A DNA stretch of 64,000 nt, taken from positions 30,196,001 through 30,260,000 of the forward strand of contig CM119371.1 of assembly GCA_051294905.1 (NCBI GenBank), read 5' to 3'. The DNA comes from Botryllus schlosseri. Lineage: Eukaryota. Position numbers and translations under genes: made by a program. Shown here in pieces: positions 27,301 through 42,300 of the stretch (its first letter is position 1; each line of letters opens with the position of its first letter). Below the pieces are notes generated by a model. That model was not told the origin of the DNA. It did not search any database and saw only the letters and a program-made list of their open reading frames with translations.

Positions 27301-30300
27301 TGCCGGTGAAGGTTTGGGTGTGAGACCAGAATCGCTGAAAAAAATCAGTTTTTAACGATAGAAAATAATGACACAAATTTCGTTGCTGCTTCAAAAGGTT
27401 AATAAGGCATTCACAAAACACGGCGCAATTAAAAACGTCAGTTGAGCATGTAACATTTGAGCATCAGCACAGATGTCAATTGCAACCCGTAGAACACTAT
27501 TAGCATAAAAAATTATTAGGAACTTGAAATTTTTTCAAGTTTCACAAAAAACAAACATGAAATACGTTGGATTGCTTGATTGGATCGATTGGATTGCTTA
27601 GAAACAGCTGCGAAAACAAACTTTGGGTCAATTCCAGTTATAAAAGCAAAATTATTTAAGTCAAAATTTTAGATTTAAAAAAAAAGGTAAAAAGGCGGAA
27701 AATTTCATTATTTATTTACATGTCTCGTTATTTATGACATTATAGTCACCAATTTCCAGTTATGCGCCAAAGAATGGTTGTGGCAGATTGTGGCTCAATG
27801 ATAATAATCACTATGTTGTGAGTGTTACGTCGACTTTTTCCTATAATACAAGTTACCTCTTTCAGTGTAATTGGTGTCAAATCAATTTCAAATATATGTC
27901 AACAAAAGGAGTCAGTGTACCGTCTAAAAATAGTACATTGAACGTTCTCTTATTCGAAATTCCATCCCGGTGACATCACATTTTGTGATACGATTGTTGA
28001 TATACAATGTTCTTCCCAATTCTCTACTAGTTGCTGACGATTACCCCTGACGAGTGTGCGAAAATATTCGGGTTCATTTCAATATGAATATACAATTCAA
28101 TTGTATATTGAAGCTCTGTGCCTCCGGGAAGCTCTTCAAATATACGGCAACAGCTCTCGATTGCCAGCAATTATTCACATTAAGACATGTAAATAAGCAT
28201 TACTTCTCAATGTATAGTAAAATTAAACTATTATATACATACCTAACACTTTGGTCACGACCCTGCAAAGGCACGCGATAATCTTATTGTCATTGCATGA
28301 AGTGAAGATACGTTTCAGAACGCCGGCCAGCCAGATTTGCTGTTCCACCTGCACGAAAGAAAAAATTGAAATCGCTAATCAATTGACACAGAACAAATAT
28401 GAGCATGTTGATCACAAATGAAATTCATTGCAAGCCGAATTTACTTTACGGGCCACGATTTCATGATAGATTGTTCAAAGATATGACAGAGAGAGGAGAG
28501 GGAAGAATTAATTTGAATTGGACCGAGATAGAGCCTACATCAGGGTTGCAATGACTCAAGTCACGATTTTTTGGTTACTCGACTTGACTCGAGTCGTTTT
28601 TTCAAATGCGTAAAATGACTCAACTTGTAGCCCACCCGAGTCATTGTGCATGACTCGAACCAAGTCATAATTATTAAAGTAGAATTGACTTGTGACTCGG
28701 AGCCTTGCGAGTCGGTTGGTTACAACCCTGGCCTATAAAGTTTTGCTCAAAAACAGGTTCAGATCAAGTAGTCCAAAAACAAACATTTTTGTAAGTAAGT
28801 ACGGTAGGCAAAACCTAGTGAAGTAATCCAAAAAAGGCAGAAATGCTCTGCTACTGAACACCTCTGACGATCATAACCAACAGACACTGACCTGTTTGAT
28901 ATCGGGCAGCCATTGCAGGAGCATTAGCACCACGAAAATATTCTTGATCGGCTGAGGATGCTTTAGCAAGACGCGACATTCGACAGCCTACAACGCAGAC
29001 ACAAAAACACGTCTTCGATAAAGAGAGAGTCGTAATAATGATGCGTTGATGCAAGAAATTCAATTCCGAAACGGAATTATTTGAATATTAGAAATATCTA
29101 ACTGCTCGAGTGTCACGAAATTCATAAAAACTGCGTGATTGTTAAGGTTATTATCATCAATAACCTGTGATTTAAAACTAGCCAAAGAACACCACTATTG
29201 ACCAGGCCCAGGCCAGAAGATCTTAATGATAGACGATACGGAATTGAATATTGTTCAGTATATTCATATTAACATGTAATTTAATCGTATATATTCTGTG
29301 CCTCCACAGAGCGTTTCAATATGAAAATACTATCCAATTGTATATTGAAGTTCTGTACCTCCAAGAAGCTAATCAATATATACCAGTGAAAGCATAGGAA
29401 GCCATCATTCTTGCAATCCTAGCCTATTCCTCAAAATGATCGTACAACACAACATGTCAAATTTCTATGACAAATAACCCAAAAAATCATGAGTAGACGC
29501 ATGCGGCGGGAACACAAAACGAAACGCACTAACCATGTTCAAGAACGAGGTAAATATCCGGTTTGTCGGAATGCTCAGCAAACGTACGCGTTCAAACAAG
29601 CAAACGTAACCCAGGCTCTCTTGAAAGTGGTCCTGCCAAAACCGCATGCCGACGTGCAAATGAAATGAGCCACAACACAAGGACGAGGCGCGCATGCATG
29701 AATAAACGGAACGGCATGAAATTCAAATGATGCTGCACGCAAATGAAATTGGAGGCAGTAAACAAGACGCTTTGCAGAGTAGAGTCTAGAGCAGTGGTTC
29801 CCAAACTGCGGCCCACAAGACAATTCGTTTGAGCCGGAAAGCCCCAGGGTTGTAATGTAATGATGACTCGACTCGCGATTTTTTTGGTGACTCGAATTGA
29901 CTCGAGTCATTTTTTCACATCCGTAAAATGACTCGACTCGAGTCAATTTTTGTATTGACTTGACTTGGACTTATGTCATTATTGTGCATGACTCGAACCA
30001 AGTCATACGACTCAAGACTAGGACGGCCAAGACGGACATTACATTGTAACTTCGAAGAATACTAAAGTCCCCACATTATTGGTATTTCGTCTATCAGTCC
30101 TGATACTTGGAAAATAGGGCCAGAAACTGTTAAGACTGAGGAAAATTACTATATTATGAAGGTGAGCTATTCCATATCACTTGAGCATAGTTGAAAAAGC
30201 GGATTGAACTTAGAACTGAACAGTGAACCCAATGACTTGGACTCGGACTCGAGTCAAAACACTATGACTGGACTCGACCCTCTACTAGCTGACTTGGACT

Positions 30301-33300
30301 TGGAGTTGGGTAAGGGACCTTGAGTCACTTAAAAATCTTGCCAAGTGACTGCTTGGGAGCCACTGGTCTACAATGGCGATCCAGTACTAGTCATCTGTTG
30401 ACATGTCTTGCAGAGATAAGCGAATTCATTTTGGTATTCCAAACCACCAAAAAATTACAGATTGATAAAAACTACACGGTGCAAAAAGAGGTTCTAAATC
30501 TGGAAATCCAAAATTTCAAACAAAAACAACGTGTCTCGATTTCCCGAGTGATCAACAAAAAAAAAAAAAAAAATCCGAAGAATTGAGAATTTCTCGAAAC
30601 CGCATGTCCGAATTCTGCTAATCATTAACGAAAACTTAAAATCAGAAAATTAAAAATCATCAAAAATCATAAGGCAAAATTCAATCGAGTGTAACAAAAA
30701 TCTTCAAATTATAAATCTCTCAAAACTTTTATTAAATTGATACTGTATTTTGTAATTTGATAATAACACAAAGATTCAGCATCCCAATCAAAACCCGCGG
30801 TCGTCTCTGATATACAGTTTTGAAATTCAAAACAATGTAAACAATGGCAAAGGAACAAGGCAACCTTACCTTGGCGCTCATCGAGCCAGCGACTAGCGCC
30901 GTCACAATATCCACGAAATTGGTGCAGAATTCCTCAGACTCTTCAGAGGGTGTTTCTGACAACAACAAAAAACTTTGTAATGTTGAACGTTCTTTCTCCA
31001 TTTCTTAGCAAGGACAGACACAGCACTTTCTACCCGAGAATGTATGAAAGCATCTTTCGTTGTTGGGCCTACTACAACAAATTTTAATTATTTCTACCAT
31101 GATGCGTGATGTAACAACTGGAATTCTTCATAGGTCCAGATTTCGTTAAAATAAAGTTTTTTCATGTATAAGTTTGTCAGTTTTTGAGTCCAAAATATTT
31201 TTTTGAGGCCTTACTACCGTAATTTTCCATGTATAATGCGCAAAATTTTACCAATTTTTTGCCCTAAAATAGGGGGTGCGTATTATACATAGGTACAGCA
31301 AGCCTTGAAAATAATTCCCCTCGATCAAAATCTTGAAACAACACCTTTCTTCATGTTTTTTTAAATCGCGCATCACCTCTAGCCATTGGGCCCCGTAATT
31401 CGTATTATAGATTATAAGAGCCGCCAAATAGAGAAGCGTGTTGCCAATTAACGAAAAGCGTGTTTCCAATTAACGAGAGTGGTCTGCACAGCACGCGATC
31501 TCTTGCTGAGTTGGTTTGCCGTTTGTACCCGAGCGAAATTAGGTCGCTGATTGCTACAAGCGTGCGCAGCAATCCTTGCTGATTCATTGCCTTAACAATC
31601 GCATACACAAGAGGCCATGTGCGTAAGATATAATCGCTTGCGTAATCAGTCGCATCTCCAACAGCGCTGCTGCGCCCGACATAATCGTTGGCCTGAGCAA
31701 TCGCATCTGTAATTGTAATAAAACTCGTGCGCAAGATGTCGTGTGTCGCTAGCCTGAACTATCGCGTCGCCGACCTCGCATGCTTTGGCCACTATCTATT
31801 CTCGTTTAGAGACAATGCCGTTAATTGTATTATGATTAGCGATCGTTATGTCCTGATTGTGCGACAGTGGCATCGCAAAACAGAACAATATCGAATACTA
31901 AACCGCAACTATTCATGTGCTGCGAATGCCAGGTGCTTACTATACATGGGCAGAGGCTTTTTCCCAGAATTTACACGCCATTTAAAGGAGGCGTATTATA
32001 CATGGGGGCGCACTATATTCGAAAAATTACGGTACTTCGTGAGGACAGACAGTTTCGAGTTTCAACCAGAAATGAAGATAAGTAGGGCAATTCTAACATT
32101 ATGTGTGAAAACACCTAATTCACGTGCACAAGGGCAAAATTTTGTCTACAATAAATTTTTTGAGGTAAAAATTTTCAAAATTTTGATTGTTAGGTCAAAT
32201 CTTCCGTTTTTAGGTCAAAAATAAATCGCCACACTTTATTACATATTACAATCTAGAGAAGTGCCCATTGAATGTTGGTCAAACTCTATAGCGAGATTGA
32301 ACTCAAACCAGATCTGATGCAAAGCACCAAATATTTTTCAGAACTATATTCCGAGAGCTTCTTCGAGGATCAGAACATTCATAACGTTGAATAGTGTATT
32401 GATATTGAAATGAGCCCGAATGTTCTTTCCAATTCTCTACTAGTTGCTGACGATTACCCCTGAAGAGTGTAAGCCAAATACATTTTTTGGTTCTTTTCAT
32501 TACCAATATACCACTCAACTATATACGAGCATACTCGTTATTCAAGAGAGAAAAACAGTCTGTTACAAACCTGGACAATAGTTGACCAGAACGTTTTTCA
32601 GCTGATCGAAGCATCCCTGCTGTAGCAACATCATCTGCAACGCCGGCCGGTCCAAGGTGTTTAAAAACTCCGGTATAAACCCTTCGAAAGCAAAAAAACA
32701 TGATCAGAGTCGCAGTTCCATAAATACATATAAAATCTTGCGCTGGGCACAAGGATTGAGTAGTCAAGTTGCTGATTGTAATGATTTAGTTAGGTAATAA
32801 GAGTCAAAATAAGTACAAATACAACAAAATATCATGATCATCAATTACATCTTATTTAGAACCAGGGTTGTAACCAAGTCACAAGGCTCCGAGTCACAAG
32901 TCAATCTCGCTTATATAGTTCTGACTCGAGTCAAGTCGAGTCATTTCCAATTCAACACCGAGTCCAAGTCATCGAGCAGAGGTTCGAGTCCGAGTCATGG
33001 TATTATGACTCGAGTCCGAGTCCAAGTCATTGTGTTGACTGCTCAGTTTCCAGTTAAAGTCCTGTTAAACCTACTTTATATAACTCTGTTAGGTGATATC
33101 GAACGGTTCCCATTTATAATATATTATTTGTTAATTTTTAGGAGTTTCTGGTCGCAGTTTCAAGTACCAGTACCAGTAGACGAAATCTCAATAGGGTGGT
33201 TACTTTACTATTGCTCGAAATTACAATGAAATGTCGGTCTTGGCCGTCTGAGTCCCGAGTCATATGCCTTGGTTTGAGTCATGCGTAATGACTCGAGTCC

Positions 33301-36300
33301 AAGTCGAGTCAACACAGAGATTGACTCGAGTCGAGTCGAGTCATATCCGTATTTTGAGAAAATCGTGACTCGACTTTCAGCATTTCAAAATACCTCTACC
33401 GAAATCTCAAATCGCGGGGTCGCATAATATGACCTCGGACCAGGTGTTGGTGACCCCTGATATAAAGCATGTAGATGAGGGTTGGTGTGTTCGTAGGAAC
33501 TACCGTTTATTGCAGCTTCATTATAACATCGGTATTGTAACATAGGTATGGTAAACAGATAGAAAAATATCGAAAAGGTCGTGTAACTAATATTATTTTC
33601 ATTCTGATTGTTAAAATTTGAATTCATCCTCACCATACATAACACCATAATGAATCGTACTTCAATACTCAACTAAACTCGAAATCGGACCAATCAGATT
33701 CTCGATTCTGCCCTGGTAATGACACGCCAACTGGAAATTAGCGCTAAATATACTTACTGATCATTTGCAATTGCATATCTGGATTTCCGCTGGATCTGGT
33801 TAGCAGCGAAAAGTATTTGTTCAAAACTTCAGTCACCGACACTTGGCGCTGTGGAATGGATAAGGTCCAACTCATAAAATCATTCGGACAAGAAAGTTTT
33901 TTGGGTGGTCGCGTACTGTTGGTGGCTATTTTCAGATGGAAAGATGTATTTTCATGACTAACGTAAAACAAATAAAGACATCACAAATTGGTACAATCGT
34001 CTAAAACAGTGGTTCTCAATCTTTTTGTCTTCGCGGACCCCAAGTCACGTGCCCCGCTACCAAGCTCGATTATGTGAATTGCGTTAAAAACCAGCAAAAA
34101 CACACCTGGTCCGGACCGGCACCGTGGAGCACGTGTACCATCTTGATAACTAGTCGCAAAACGATCCGGGCGCCATCTGCGTCTTTGCTTTGGCTGATTT
34201 TCCTAGTCGACCCGTCCATGGACACTTCAATTTTCGGCACGAGGGCCCCGTTACTTGTGGCCGACGCCGGGCCGCCGGATTCGTCCAGGCCCATGTACCG
34301 GGACAGGAAACTGGCAAGACATAGTCTCGGTCAAACAAATCGCTATTTTTATCATGCTAGATCAGGGGTGGACAACCTTTTTTTATTCTCGGCCGCATTT
34401 CAATGGTACTTATGTTAGCTACGGTCGCATTCCAGGACACAGCCGAAATGAAATAACTGACGCCAAATACCCATGTTAATCTGTCTTTGCCCATTTCCGA
34501 TGAGCTCTGGACTAAACTACCTTTTCATATCGGCTTACTGCCCATGCGTAGAGCTGATGGAGGGGGTTCAGGGCAAGTTATAAATTAGAATACATTACTA
34601 TTCATGTCATTAGTTGCATGTGTTATCTCCCTTGACCTCCGGTCAGGATTGCCGGTATAGTGGAAAGGTGTGGGAATCGCCCAAAAGTATCAGAAACAAA
34701 TTTCACACGATTCCGCATAGGTACCGTGATTTTCCATGTATAAACCGCAAAATTTTCACGATTTTTTGCCCTAAAATCGGGGGGTGCGTATTATACATGG
34801 AAACAACACGCTTGAAAAAATCTCCCTCGATAAAAAACTTGAAATCACACCTTTCTTCATATTTGTTTCCAATTGCGCATCACTTTCAGCAATAGTGCCC
34901 GGTAATTCGTATTATCAGTGTAACGCGCTACCAATTAGCAAAAAGCGTGTTGCCAATTCACGAGAGTCGTCTGCACAGCACGCAATCTCCTACCAAGTTG
35001 GTTTGCCGTTTGCACACGAGCGAAATTAGGTCATTCATTGATTGCTGAACGCGCGCGCGGCAATACTCGCTACTTCATCGACAGGCACCAGTCGCACCTA
35101 CAACAGACGTGGTGTGCACGACATAATTGTTGGCATGAGCAATCGCATCTGACCTCGTGCGCAAGATGTCGCGTCGCCGGCCTCGCAGGCATTGGCTGCT
35201 ATCTACTGTCGTATAGAGGCAATACCGATACTTGCATAATGATTAGCAATCGCATCTGTAAAAGGCCTCGTGCGCAAGACGTCGTGTCGCTGGCCCGAAC
35301 TGCGTCACCAGCCTCGCAGGCTTTGGCTGCTCTCTACTATCGTTTAGAGACAAAGCCGTTAATTCCATAATGATTAGCGTTGGTTATGTCATGATTGTTT
35401 AACAGTGACATCGCAAAACAGAACATCATCGTGTACTAAAGCACAGCTATCCATGTACTGCGAATGCAGGGTGCGTACTATACATGGGGGCAGGCTTTTT
35501 CCCAGAATTTGCATGCCATTTTAAGGGTGCGTATTATACATGGGGGCGTACTATACTTGGACAATTACGGTACTTCTTTCCAATCCAAAATTCGATTCAA
35601 TTTGCAGTTTTTTTGCAAATTCACCAATTCCAAGTTTAATTTAATTTGGAAAAAACTGTATAGCTAATTATAATTCTAACCCATTAAAATTTTTTTTAGT
35701 ATTATATCCTTATAAACGTTTCCAAACGCAATTATAAAGATCGTTACTTGAGCAAGATATCCAACGTCGTGGTGGAAGACGACAGCAAGGCGTTTCTCTG
35801 CGACCCGCACAGCAACGCGCCGAACATATGCAAGAAATGACGCTGCAAGTCCTCGCTCAACGATCTGTCGTGAGTTTGAAGAGTCCCTGCAACAAAAAGG
35901 AATAGCGATCAACAGATTACCAAACCAAATACAATGCTGCAGTTATTTAAAATGTCTACCAGCTGTTGACGATTACCCCTGTCGAGTGTCTGCCGGGTTT
36001 ATTTCATATGATGATATTATTCAATTGTACACTCAAGAACAATTAAAATATCTTACCATAGAAAAAAGGTATGATGTCCACGTTCAGTAACGGTGTCACG
36101 CTTTGGGCGTCCAAGTTCATTTCGGCACTAGAAAGCAAAAAACATACGACTCAGTGACCCTTAAAGCTGACTACTGAGAATTTACAATGTTATGTCAACA
36201 TATGAATCTCTATTTGAATACAAAATGGACAATGGCACACGGTCAAATAGCAATCCTCATGTAGACTAATAAAAGTGTGTCATATAGTCTCTTGCCCATA

Positions 36301-39300
36301 CAAAGCTTTTATATGGTGTACAATTGAATAACATACCGTATTCATATTGAAATAAACCAGAAAACGTTTGGTTGATACTCGTCAGGGGTAATCTACTACT
36401 TGCTGACTGTTACCCTGACCAGTGTCAACCAAAAATTTTCGGATATATGGCAATAAGAATATATCATCCAATTGTGTATAGACGTTATGCACCTGTGAGA
36501 GTTAATTTAACACAAGATACTGATATATTATTCAAAAGTGTGTTGCCTTGATAGAGTTCAAAGCATTAGGCAATCTAAGCTTATCACCATTTAAAAAACA
36601 AATGAGGGATGAAATTTGGTACTGATTTGCGTCTGTTCAAGGCGGAGAATATACACGGGCATAAGTGGTCAAAGTGCTGTAGTCATTGGGGTTGTCCGAA
36701 AATGATACACATCAATGTCTCATTCCATAGATTATTGATAAAAACATTAATGACCAGTGACCACGCACTAAGCTCACAGGAAAGTCGCTAAGATTCGCGT
36801 GAAGCGTTTTGAGAATAGCTGCGGAACAGTGGACGTGCCAGCGACCATAGAACGGTGAGAAGACTAGTAATCACGAAATCACGGCTTGATTAGATAATCG
36901 GTTATGCTTCAATGATCACGACAGTGGCGGCTTGCTTGATAATTGTTCAAGGAGTCTGCTAATGGCAGTGATTCTGTAAGAGCATTGTAGGTTGGTTGGC
37001 AGTTAATGATTTAAGATTAATTCGAGAGGTGTTGAGTTACGAAATACACAATGAACAAACAGCAGCTTCTTTCCAAAAACTTTTAAACCATGACTGGCTT
37101 ATTGTGAATGAAACTGCTGTAGCCGACATGTCTTGTTTTCATAGATTGAAAGCAGGGAAACACATGGAGAAATATTGCAGTGATGCTTATAGAAGTGGCC
37201 AACGAGCTCATTATTTCAGAAGGGATGCACCATCTTTGAATGCAAATACAAAGATTATCAATGACACTACTTCGTTTGATCTTATTAGGCTTCAGTTGTG
37301 GTATGTAATTGAAGTCATGAATGCTCAAAGGATTGGCTGAATCAGCCGATTATGCTGTGCACTTATCGGATTCTTACAGCTAAACGAATTCTCCCATAAG
37401 TGCTGTCACTATGGTAAAACTACTTCCCACATCACAAAACGATAAGTCTATAAAAAATATGTGGTTTTGCTCAAGAACTCTGAAGTAGAAGTGGGATTCG
37501 TGTAAAACATAAGCAGAGTACAAAACCTACTTTAGTAGTCGGAATAAATAGGAGCACTTCGTCACTAAACACCTCAGTGCCTGGGTGACAGATGACACCA
37601 TGACCAGTATTTCTGTCATCTGAGGATTAGAGCATATCATGTCGTAGGTAAGGTATTTCATACCAATGATACACTACTTCATATGTGAGTATGTTAGCAT
37701 CTCAAATCTCAGTCGTTGGCATTCGCTTTGATGTATACAGCAATGTCATCAAAGTTACTACAGACTGTTATTCAACCACAAAGGCAATGTAACATTGTAC
37801 AATCAAAGATGTCCACAAACCGTTATATCATCAGACACAAGCATATAAAACTCATACACTCCGTGTACTAAACAAATACTACCATAAGGAATGTTACTCT
37901 TGCAAATGGAAGACTGGTCAATGAATTCAGTGGAAGCCATCAAAGGCAAATAATTTTGACACAAATCTTCCTGTTGGAAATAACTAAAACAAACATTGCA
38001 TATGCCTGTATCGTTCCACTACATAAAGTATGTTGTAGTATTGATATGAGGATTCGATGAACCTGTACTGGGACTTTTCGGAAAGTATTCAGAAGGTATT
38101 GTGTACAAAGCCTATACAAATACGGGCATTCAGTGTAAATACCAGTTTAAATATGAAGATGGTAAATAGTTTTGGGACAGGTGTGTGGGCCATCATGGAA
38201 TCTGTAAACTGTAGGTACTAACTCTGGGCAAAATCGAGTGCCTGAGTCACTGAGTGATTGGATAATGAATGGAATATTGTCACTCATCATGACATCATAT
38301 GAGTATAAAAGATGTGGAATTTAAAATATATGTAGCCAACCATTTGTGCAACAACAAAGAATATAATGCCAACACTAAAGATACTTTCAAGGTTGTAACC
38401 AAGTCCCAAGGTGCCGAACCAGAAGTAATCTCTCTTTTATAGTTTTGACTGAGTCAAGTTGAGTCATTTTCAATTCACCACCGACTCAAGTCCGAGTCCA
38501 AGTCAGTGAGTAGAAGGTCGAGTCCGAGTCATAGAGTTGTGACTCGAGTCAAAGTCCAAGTCATTGTGTTCACTATTCAGTTTTGAGTTAAAACAGGTTC
38601 AACACACTATTTTCAACCATTGATATCAGATGGTTCGCATTCATAATATCGTAATTTTGATCAGTCTTACCAGTTTCTGGCCCTACTGCCCAAGTATCAG
38701 GACTGATAGACAAAATACCGATAATGTGGTGACTTAACTATTCTTCGACGTTACAATGAAATGTCAGTCTTGGCCGTCCTAATCTCGAGACATTAATGAC
38801 TTAGTAACAACTGAAACTGAATGAAGGCAAGTTATGTAGGCTAATCACAGAAAAAAAACGAAACTGCCCCTTCAAGTGTACAGGTCTCAGAGCAAAGAAA
38901 ATACAAGATCGATCATGTGATTGTATCAGTATATACTTTTACGAAATTACAAATGACAAGCTTAAAATTCAGTAAAGTGCCTTATTGCCTTATCGCCAAT
39001 CAATACTAATCAATCGGGCTCACAGAAAAGTGAGACAGATACAATGTGCCATTCTTGCAGACACGGTTTTTAGCCCGAGGCCGAAAATTTTATTTTCGGC
39101 GGCTAGAAATATCGCGCGCGTATTTTCGTACAGCCATAGTTCCGAGGGATAGCCGACATGAAAATAAACTTTCGCAAACACAGTAAAATCAGATTATGTA
39201 AAGTTATCTAGAAACTAATTTAACAGCGGTATCAACAGATAACATAACCTGAAGCTACCCGGGCATAAAATCGATTCAGAACATGGAAACTATCATCAAA

Positions 39301-42300
39301 TTTTGTTGAAAGTGGTTGCCACAGATTAATAAAAAGTGGAGAATCAAAGTTTACTAAGCCGAAACAGGCAGACATAGACTAGAAGTAGCCCTCATTGGTA
39401 CCAAGGTAGAAGTATGGTAACGACATAAACTTGTACTCTAGTAAGCCTACAAGTAGAAGCAGCTATTTCAAAGTACGGTATGTTCAACAATATTATAAGT
39501 ATTCTAGACCGCCCTTCTACGTTTTACGCTCAGTAACAAGCCAGTGTTCCCCATGACACATAAATGTTTCCCGTGAACATGTCAAAATTTACAAATGTCA
39601 AAATAGATTATTTAGAGCGAAACAGTAAATTGTTTCAATTCCTTGGCCCCAGAATTGGCCAATTAGACAGTTAGCCTACATTGGTTCTCTAGGATCACCG
39701 AAGCGCAGAATATTGATTTTAAAGATTTTTCACATATAGCGACACCTGGTGACGGGAAAATTCTAAATCGCATCATCTTTTGAACCGTTGAAAATTTTAC
39801 AAAAAAATTTTTTATCACAATTCTGAGGATATGCATTACAGCCCTTGCTAAGTTATAACGGAGTTAGCCTCATCTCGAATTCCTAATTGCAAAAGATAAG
39901 TAGTTTGGTTGAAAATCTGTAGAAGTTGGAGTAGCCCACTGTAAAACATTGCCACTTGGGAATGTAGTGCAAATAGACACATGGGCTACATAACCTACTC
40001 GAGTGCCATACCCTGAAAAAGTACAAGTTTTTCGTTACTATAAATCTCTGTAAACAATATCCCCATTTTTAGGCTTATTCGTCATCGAATCATATTCTCA
40101 CCCCATCATCCTTCTTCTCCAGGAATGTTCGGGATCGTAGAGGCATTCGCAGAGGTGAATCGCGTGATGCACAAACAGCTCGAGCTTTTGAAGTATTTTG
40201 GCGTCTTCGTAGTTGCCGTCTGTTATCTGAGTCGCAAAAAAGAATGGTTAGCACGACTGCACGAGTCTTCTATCGGTCGGCTTGGTTACGGGAGGGATTT
40301 CGGCACTGCAATGCCATTTAAAACAGTGGTTCTCAACCGCTTGTACAACAAATTTATTTCAATGTTATCTCACAATTGCCAAATGCAATAACTTTAACGC
40401 AAGTAATGTCATTGGTTACAAAAATATACCACCAAACTTAAAATTGATTTAGATATTTGGAATGCGTTTTTTACATCATGTCCTATCATATATAGCGTTC
40501 ACAGCAGGGTTGTAAACAAGTCACAGGGCTCCGAGTCACAAGTCAATCTCACTTTTATAGTTTTGACTTGAGTCAAGTCGAGTCATTTACAATTCATCAC
40601 CTAGTCAAGTCCGAGTCCAAGTCAGCGACCAGAGGGTCGAGTCCGAATCATGGTATTATGACTCGAGTCCGAGTCCAAGTCATTGTGATTCCAGTTAAAA
40701 TCTTGTTAAACCCACTTTTTATAACTCTGTTAGGTGATATCGAATGGTTTTCATTCAAAATATACCAATTTTCCTCACTTTCTGGTCGCATTTCCAAGTA
40801 CCAGTACCAATTGACGAAATCCCAGTAGTGTGGTTACTCTACTATTCTTCGAAATTACAATGAAATGTCGGTCTTGGCAGTCTGTGTCTCGAGTCATACG
40901 ACTTGGTTCGAGCCGTGCGTAATGACTCGAGTACAAGCCGAGTCAATAAATAGATTGACTCGAGTCGAGTCATTTCCGCATTATGAAAAAATGACTGGAG
41001 TCAAGTCGAGTCGTCAGAAATCGTGACTCGAGCCGGACTCGAGTCATTGCAACCCTGGTTCATAGTCTACTTTAGCCTAAGCGTATGTCGAAAGAAGACC
41101 ATAAACTTAATGACAAAAAGTGATAAAAAATTTTTGTATAAAATTCGCAAGGCTGTAATGACTCGAGTCAAGACTCGAACTCCGATTTTTAGTAGACTCC
41201 ACTCGACTCGAGTCAAATTATGTACGACTCGGCACATTCTATATGACTTATTCCAGTTTCGTATGTCATGACCGGCAATATCTGTTTGAATAAACATGTT
41301 CAGAGTGAGAAAAATGAGTAGGCCTTACATTATAAATCCGAGACCATCGATATCAACCGAGAGTGATATAATAATTCTTCTCGGACTTAACAACGACTCG
41401 ACTCGATTCGACTCGAGTCAATACGGTAAAAATCAAATGGACTTGTGACTCGGAACCTCAATTGTTTACAAGCCTGGACATTTGGCAGTTTAAGCTAACA
41501 AACAGCAAAGTCGCAGTTCTTTTAAAATAATTGAAGAATATCAAGCGGGTTTGTGATTGCAACAGGATTTCAAAGCATAGAACTTCAATATAACCACAAT
41601 GAACATCAAAAAGGCAGCAGACACAACACAACCTTACAATCTGCAATCGCTGATCAACAGTGCACTGGACTTCAAAGGACTTACAATTTGAACGACGGCC
41701 GTCGCGATATTCAGAACGAGCCCGACCAAACTTGCGGAAGACAGAAGCTTCAAGTTTTCGTGGTTCCTGAAACGCAGCTCATTAAAAAGACGAAACCAGC
41801 AAGTGCTTTATTGAGGACACCCATAATTCACACGCACAGAACTATTGACAATACCATCTTCCCGCAGGCTTGTCTAAAACTACAAATCAAGCTAGTTGAT
41901 GTTCAACTAAGGAACTGTTTTTTCAAGTACTTCTAGTGCAGTGGTTCCCAACCTTTTTGTCTTCACTCCCCACTTCAGATTTATTCCAAGTCTTCATTCC
42001 CCACTACCAAAAACTCCTACATACCCTTTAAAATAGGGTCATCCTATTTTGAGATCCTAAAAAGGAGACGCTTTTTTTTAATTCTGAAAGCTCCGAGAAA
42101 ACTTGTGATTTTGAAATTTTTTCGACCGATAGTATTGTGCTCACTAAAGAAAGGGTCATCACTTTGTTTCAGCTCCGGATTTTTTAGGAAATCCTGATGT
42201 TCGGCGCGTTGGAGTTGCATTTTTGGTGGCATTCAAATCCTTTTCAGAGAAAAAGAGGACGAATTCCCAAAAAGAGGGCATTTAGGCGTCCTCCGAGGGC

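Noticed and set aside
37200..38380. Non-repetitive-looking block in intron 6 as a nested gene
   Set aside because: No sustained ORF or recognisable protein motif seen on either strand
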